Of a DNA stretch of 64,000 nt, positions 58,990-64,000 are shown in pieces (position 1 is the stretch's first letter; every line of letters starts with the position of its first letter). The translations under genes and the position numbers were made by a program. The stretch is taken from the IMG/VR virus record IMGVR_UViG_2643221950_000002, positions 32,001-96,000 of that record; one strand, written 5' to 3'. The stretch is from a virus. Lineage: Duplodnaviria > Caudoviricetes. The notes under the pieces were generated by a model. The model was not told the DNA's origin. It did not search any database and was given only the letters and a program-made list of their open reading frames with translations.

Positions 58990-59580
58990 ATGAGTGCAGT
59001 TTCAGAGCCAGTATTGGAATTGAAGGTAAAAAAAGAACGAGATATGACAATGTATTTTGCAATGCGTGCAGTTGTTGCATTTTGTTTATTTGCAGGGTAT
59101 TGTTATTCAGTAAAAAAAGATATTGATTATGTTCAATTTTTCATTACTACACTATTATTGTTTGCTCCATTTGCATTGGATTACTATCCTCGTCAAAATG
59201 ACGATAAAGCGGAAATAATTTTACGGAAATGGGGTATGCTAATACCAAGCGGTGCAATTATAGGGGTTCTGTTATTGGGGCTTTTTAATGGAGATTCAAA
59301 CTATTGGTCAAGTAATACTGCAATTTGGTTAAAGGTGATTTGTATTGGCGCTGGATTTTTAGTGGCAATACTTGCTTATGTTGACTACAATAATTACAAT
59401 CGAAGAAGCCAATTTACTCAGATTATGAAACAACACGCTGTTGAATATATTGAAGAATCGAATGCTGAATCTGCTGAAGCGCGCTTCAAAAGAAATGAGG
59501 CTATTAAAAAGGAAGGCCTTAAACGAGTTGTAATTGAAAGCGGGAAGAAAAGAAAAAAGAAAAAGCCTAATAAGATTTAG
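58990..59580 (+). CDS. 4-TM membrane protein
   Basis: 196 aa, hydrophobic, basic C-terminal tail. Confidence 0.7.
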   Translation: MSAVSEPVLELKVKKERDMTMYFAMRAVVAFCLFAGYCYSVKKDIDYVQFFITTLLLFAPFALDYYPRQNDDKAEIILRKWGMLIPSGAIIGVLLLGLFNGDSNYWSSNTAIWLKVICIGAGFLVAILAYVDYNNYNRRSQFTQIMKQHAVEYIEESNAESAEARFKRNEAIKKEGLKRVVIESGKKRKKKKPNKI

Positions 59581-59602
59581 TAGTTAACTTGGAGGAAGCT
59601 AA

Positions 59603-60043
59603 ATGGATTACTTAGTTTTATTACTGATTTTTGTGGGATTAATGTATATCACTACCTCATATGCTGCATATCGAGAAATTCGTGAGAAAAATTTAAAAGT
59701 GGCATTTAATTGGTACAATGTTTTTTTCTTTTTGATCACCCCAGTAAGTGTTAGTATTATTCACTTGAAAATGGCATATCGCTTTTATAGAGAAGGACGA
59801 AAAAAAGAAGCGAGATTACTTTTCGCTTTAGCTACTTTTAAAATTTCTTCAGGCATAGCGATTTATTTAGAGTTCATGGTTCACTCAACCATAGTGGATG
59901 CTGTTTATGCAAAAAACCAGAAAAAGATGGCGGTAGCCAAAGAAGCGAGAAAGGTTTCTAAAGAAACGCTTAAATGGGGTAATTTAAAAGAATCTATAAA
60001 AAATCCTTTAGATTATCTTGATGCGGTTTTTAAACCAGCTTAA
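59603..60043 (+). CDS. membrane protein
   Basis: 146 aa, GGAGG RBS. Confidence 0.7.
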   Translation: MDYLVLLLIFVGLMYITTSYAAYREIREKNLKVAFNWYNVFFFLITPVSVSIIHLKMAYRFYREGRKKEARLLFALATFKISSGIAIYLEFMVHSTIVDAVYAKNQKKMAVAKEARKVSKETLKWGNLKESIKNPLDYLDAVFKPA

Positions 60044-60111
60044 TCATGAAGAATAAAATATTACTGAGTTCCTCTAACCTCACTTAACGTGGGGTTTTTC
60101 TATGCCATCAT

Positions 60112-60138
60112 TTAACAATTCTCCCCTTCTGCCGATAA
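60112..60138 (+). promoter_or_regulatory. sigmaD-type promoter
   Basis: TTAA-N15-GCCGATAA. Confidence 0.6.
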
Positions 60139-60158
60139 TTCTGTTGAGGTGGTAAAGG

Positions 60159-60695
60159 ATGATAGGCAAGAAGAAACAAAAAAGAATAGACAATTATAAA
60201 ATAAAAAAATTTAATCACAAGAACTTTAATAAACACACCTTAAAGAGCAGCTTGATAGCAATGAATAAACGTGTATTTGTTGCGTATATAAAATTCCATT
60301 TCCCTCTTAACGGGCAGAAAGCAAGAAAGTATCAAGATAAATATAAGGTCTTGCAATCTCTTGAGGAAGCTGTATTGATAAATGCTATTTCTAGAACAAA
60401 AGCTTTAGAAATAATATACGAAACAAAATATGTCATTCCATTTGTTGGGGCTTTAATTGCAGTGGTTGTTGTTCCAGCAATAATAGCCTTTGGAGATTCT
60501 TTTATAGTTGATTATCCTGTATATAAAAAAGAAATTAAGTTAGGAGCGGTTGTTGTCGCTTCGTTATGTGCAGTAGCTGTGTCAGTGTTCATTACACACA
60601 GCATAAAAAAAGATAAAAATGTTCTTGCTCTGCTTGTGTCCTTTCGAGAGTTGTTGGAACAGGCTTTAGCAGCAAAGAAGAACGATGAAAAGTGA
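60159..60695 (+). CDS. 2-TM membrane protein (YomK-like), paralog 1
   Basis: Shares KVLQSLEEAVL...SR and KDKNVLALLVSFRELLEQA with the next gene. Confidence 0.7.
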   Translation: MIGKKKQKRIDNYKIKKFNHKNFNKHTLKSSLIAMNKRVFVAYIKFHFPLNGQKARKYQDKYKVLQSLEEAVLINAISRTKALEIIYETKYVIPFVGALIAVVVVPAIIAFGDSFIVDYPVYKKEIKLGAVVVASLCAVAVSVFITHSIKKDKNVLALLVSFRELLEQALAAKKNDEK

Positions 60696-60768
60696 CTTCT
60701 CGCCCCTCCTTTCTAATTAAAGCAATGCTTATTATGGAAATTCCAATATAATATAATGAGGATTAAAC

Positions 60769-60795
60769 TCAAAATCGCCCCCTTTTTTCCGATAT
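60769..60795 (+). promoter_or_regulatory. sigmaD-type promoter
   Basis: TCAA-N15-TCCGATAT. Confidence 0.55.
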
Positions 60796-60815
60796 TATCC
60801 ATGAGGTGATTTGGA

Positions 60816-61307
60816 ATGAATTGTGAAAATTGTATGGGAAAATTCGATAGGGAAACAATGGAAGATGCTTTGTTGAATTGGAACGAGAAGGATTTTATAA
60901 AATATTTGAATACACATTTTTCAATTGAAGGTAAATCGGAAAGTCCAAGAGAAAAAGTAAATGTTCTAAGATCGCTTGATGAAGTAGTCTTAGAAATAGC
61001 TTCAGCAAGGATTGATGGTCTTGAAAAAATCTATGATGATAAACATATTATATTCTTTATTGGCGCTTTGATAGCAGCTGCTACACCTGCTGTAACTGCT
61101 ATATTCTTGCCTTTCACTTCGGGAGAAGTTCATCCGAGTGCCTCAGGAGAAGTCTATCCGAGGATAGCTGCATCCTTCTTTACTCTATGTTCACTAATGT
61201 TTTTCAAGACATATTTAGGTAGGGATAAAAATATACTCGCTGTCCTTGTATCGTTTAGAAAATTACTTGAACAAGCCATGGATAAAAAGAGAGATGAAAG
61301 TGATTAA
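60816..61307 (+). CDS. 2-TM membrane protein (YomK-like), paralog 2
   Basis: NVLRSLDEVVL...AR and RDKNILAVLVSFRKLLEQA. Confidence 0.7.
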   Translation: MNCENCMGKFDRETMEDALLNWNEKDFIKYLNTHFSIEGKSESPREKVNVLRSLDEVVLEIASARIDGLEKIYDDKHIIFFIGALIAAATPAVTAIFLPFTSGEVHPSASGEVYPRIAASFFTLCSLMFFKTYLGRDKNILAVLVSFRKLLEQAMDKKRDESD

Positions 61308-61715
61308 CCTCTCCCCTGTTCTCATATTTGGGCTCACCTCAAACTTATGTCAAATGGTTAGCTTCATGTCTGTCAATTTGACAGGTATTAAAGGGGCTAG
61401 TTTTAACCGACTCCCTATCTGTATGATAGGAACACTATGCCGGTCACCACTATCATTTAAAATGATGGTATTCAGCTGCCTAAGTTGAAATTAGGGACGT
61501 ATATAAATCCACTCTCATTTAAAATGATAGTGAGAAAGTTCACTTTCCGAATACTGTCGTCTTAAACTACTGTATTATATTTAGAGTGAAATAGATTCTG
61601 ATGTCATTTAAAACGACACCAGCTTCACGATTAAGAATGAGTATCCCCTGCCCTGTTCCTCTAGATTGGGTTATCATGGTATACTATAGGAAAAATATAC
61701 TGGTGGTGGGAATGA

Positions 61716-62345
61716 GTGGGTTGGCTTATTTTTGGATTTTTAGCGTTTTGCGGGGTAGGCATTTTCCTAGTCATGAAATCAATAGATCATCAAAATAACA
61801 GAAAAAAAGCACTCGATAGCATTGATGACGAAAATTATTCCCGAGCTTATACTTCAACTGACGGATCAACCAAAATATTCTTCGATGAAACAAGTGAAAA
61901 AGTAAAAATTGGCTACATTTCAATTGACAACTTTAAAGACAGTAATGTTACTCCCGTCATAAAAACGTATGACTTCAAAGATATAGTTGATGTTGAGGTT
62001 AATATAGATGGCAGTACTGTATCAAAAGTGTCTAAAGGAGATTCGATTTTAGGGGCAACTGTAGGTGGAGCAATCGGAGGCGGAATTGGCGCCATAATTG
62101 GAAGTAATAGTGCTTCTAGTAAAACAAGCGATTACATCAATTATATTCATTTAAGAATTTGTTTTGAAGACTACGATACACCCTTCTATGATGTTGCTTT
62201 TTACAGTGGAGTTGTTTATGATCCTGAATTACCAACATCGATTAAAAAATCATCGCCTGAAGCTCAGAAAGCTTTAAAGGAAGCAGAAACTTGGTTTAGA
62301 TATTTCAAATTAGCTATACGAAACGCAGAAAAAGTCGCTCATTAA
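61716..62345 (+). CDS. yomJ: YomJ-like membrane-anchored immunity protein
   Basis: N-terminal TM, SKVSK, glycine zipper GATVGGAIGGGIGAIIG, C-terminal AEKVAH; synteny. Confidence 0.7.
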   Translation: MGWLIFGFLAFCGVGIFLVMKSIDHQNNRKKALDSIDDENYSRAYTSTDGSTKIFFDETSEKVKIGYISIDNFKDSNVTPVIKTYDFKDIVDVEVNIDGSTVSKVSKGDSILGATVGGAIGGGIGAIIGSNSASSKTSDYINYIHLRICFEDYDTPFYDVAFYSGVVYDPELPTSIKKSSPEAQKALKEAETWFRYFKLAIRNAEKVAH

Positions 62346-62356
62346 TTTTGGGCGAC

Positions 62357-62605
62357 TTAATTTTTTAAGCGGCTTTCTACTTCGAATAGCCTTTTATTTA
62401 GCAGGACTGTTTTGTTGTCTACATTTTGAATCTGTTTTAAATGTGCAGTGATATCTTTCGGTTGGTTTTCTTCCAATCTGTCTAGTTTAACGTTGATTTG
62501 ATTGAATTCTTTATTCGTATCTTCTCTGAAATCCACAATTTCAGATTTAATTGTCTTCAACTCATTTGAAAGTTCATGGATAGCTTGTAAAATTTTGTCC
62601 TCCAT
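62357..62605 (-). CDS. coiled-coil hypothetical protein
   Basis: 82 aa, GAGGGGTG RBS. Confidence 0.65.
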   Translation of the reverse strand: MEDKILQAIHELSNELKTIKSEIVDFREDTNKEFNQINVKLDRLEENQPKDITAHLKQIQNVDNKTVLLNKRLFEVESRLKN

Positions 62606-62653
62606 TTTGTATCACCCCTCCTCTAATTATAACATCACTTGCAATACTTTTGC

Positions 62654-62875
62654 TTAGGACTCTTCTTTAACTTCCTCCAAAACAACCACATCTTGAAGAT
62701 CGCACTCTAAATACTCACATATTTTAATTATTGAGCTCAATGACACAGGTTCATTTCTAGACAACTTTGAAATAGTGGCTGATGATACATCCACATTATT
62801 CCTAAGATCCACCTTCTTTTTCCTTTTTTTCACTAATGTAATCTCTAAAGGCATGTAATTTGGTCTTAACTTCAA
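62654..62875 (-). CDS. XRE/Cro-like HTH regulator
   Basis: DVSSATISKLSRNEPVSLSSIIKICEYLEC. Confidence 0.8.
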   Translation of the reverse strand: MKLRPNYMPLEITLVKKRKKKVDLRNNVDVSSATISKLSRNEPVSLSSIIKICEYLECDLQDVVVLEEVKEES

Positions 62876-63105
62876 TTTTCCACCCCGTATTCTTTTTTGT
62901 GTTCTTATTATACACCAATACACAAAAAATGTTTAATTATAAAACAAAATTTATAAAAAAGTTGTTGACTTGTCTGTTTTTATAATGGTAACCTTTGTTT
63001 AGAAACAAAACAAAACAGTCTCTAAACGAAACAAAGAGGTGATAAAAATAAACTTAAAGAAGCTCAAAATTACCAAGGTATTGTTATTAGTGAGGAGGAA
63101 GAGCC

Positions 63106-63342
63106 ATGTCACCTAACAATGTTACTGGGACAATATTGTTAGAAGTTTCAAAAAATGTTGATTCTAACAAGGAAGAGTTAGCTATATTGGAGTCCTATTA
63201 CTCTATTTCAGAAGAAAGAGTCCAACTAGACGAACTGTTGCTTGTGCACAAGAACGGTAAAAAACTAGGAACTGTTAAGGTACATAACGTGAGTATTTCT
63301 TGGAATAATTTTAACGGGGGAATGAAAAATGAATCAATTTGA
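63106..63342 (+). CDS. hypothetical protein
   Basis: 78 aa, GAGGAGG RBS. Confidence 0.55.
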   Translation: MSPNNVTGTILLEVSKNVDSNKEELAILESYYSISEERVQLDELLLVHKNGKKLGTVKVHNVSISWNNFNGGMKNESI

Positions 63343-64000
63343 AAGAGCTTTTGATTATAAAGGGAATAATGTAAGAACGTTTATGAGAGATGAAGAAACT
63401 TGGTTTGTAGCAAGGGATGTATGTAACATATTAGAAATTGGCAATCCGAGTCAAGCGCTGAGCCGTCTTGATGATGATGAAAAGAATACTATCATTTTAA
63501 ATGAGGGTATTGGGAATCCAAATAAAACAATCGTTAATGAACCAGGTCTCTACACATTAATCTTGAGCAGTCGCAAACCTGAAGCGAAACAATTCAAACG
63601 TTGGGTGACTCATGACGTACTTCCTGTAATTCGCAAAAGCGGGATGTATATCTCAGAGGATGCAACCAGAGAGCAGAAACTATTTAACTACGATTTGTTA
63701 GAAGAGACTTTTAGAAATTGTGGAATTGAAAATCTGCATGAACTTTATAAGGAATGTGTGGAATATTACAAAGAAAATAAGATTCGATTAGATTATAAAA
63801 GAAGCTCTAAGCATAGACGAAATGATAAGAAAAAATCACTTTCTGATTCTCGAATTGAAATAATGAAAAAGATTGAAAACGTACTTCAAGAACGAGAATT
63901 GAATTATAAGCAATCTCTCAATTTTGCCTTTGTATCAGTTGTATCTGAATTATTAAAGATTATTGCATTGGACATTAAGTCAATAAAACACAACAAAACT
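63329..64000 (+). CDS. BRO-N family antirepressor-like protein, partial
   Basis: Manual: MNQFERAFDYKGNNVRTF...WFVAKDVCNIL...NEPGLYTLILSSRKPEAKQFKRWVTHDVLP. Confidence 0.88.
   Translation, partial: MNQFERAFDYKGNNVRTFMRDEETWFVARDVCNILEIGNPSQALSRLDDDEKNTIILNEGIGNPNKTIVNEPGLYTLILSSRKPEAKQFKRWVTHDVLPVIRKSGMYISEDATREQKLFNYDLLEETFRNCGIENLHELYKECVEYYKENKIRLDYKRSSKHRRNDKKKSLSDSRIEIMKKIENVLQERELNYKQSLNFAFVSVVSELLKIIALDIKSIKHNKT

Larger units (their letters stand above)
1..64000. mobile_element. SPbeta-like Bacillus temperate phage/prophage (internal segment)
   Basis: Synteny of aimR-aimP, the yop/sro operon, yonV, yonT, yonO, HU, yonK, terminase, portal, capsid, yomM and yomJ matches the SPbeta layout. 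Confidence 0.95.

Noticed and set aside
1-64000. CRISPR array, tRNA, rRNA
   Set aside because: No regularly spaced repeats or cloverleaf/rRNA signatures seen by eye; tRNAscan was not run

Overview
This is a 64 kb internal segment of a large, AT-rich temperate Bacillus phage or prophage of the SPbeta/phi3T group, recognised from gene content and order; no attachment site or host flank is visible. The left arm (1-35.7 kb, mostly minus strand) carries early and accessory genes: AAA ATPase, SSB-like protein, guanylate kinase, phosphoesterase, ligB, SLOG, RNase H and a RecD-like helicase. It also holds the sro/yop repression operon, an arbitrium locus (aimR plus an unannotated aimP, predicted peptide SASRGA), a HEPN-like gene, an adenine methyltransferase, yonV, a yonT/SR6-like type I toxin-antitoxin system and a TubR/TubZ-like partition pair. 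The right arm (plus strand) carries the YonO RNA polymerase, HU, a 1.05 kb structured non-coding region, an intein-containing terminase, portal, capsid and tail genes, the YomM recombinase, membrane morons, a yomJ-like gene and an XRE/BRO module. The most notable unexplained signal is a set of about 20 copies of a short palindrome, TRAAA-N6-TTTYA, lying almost exactly at gene junctions; it suggests a gene-cassette architecture. SPbeta gene names come from recalled similarity and synteny, not from database searches.
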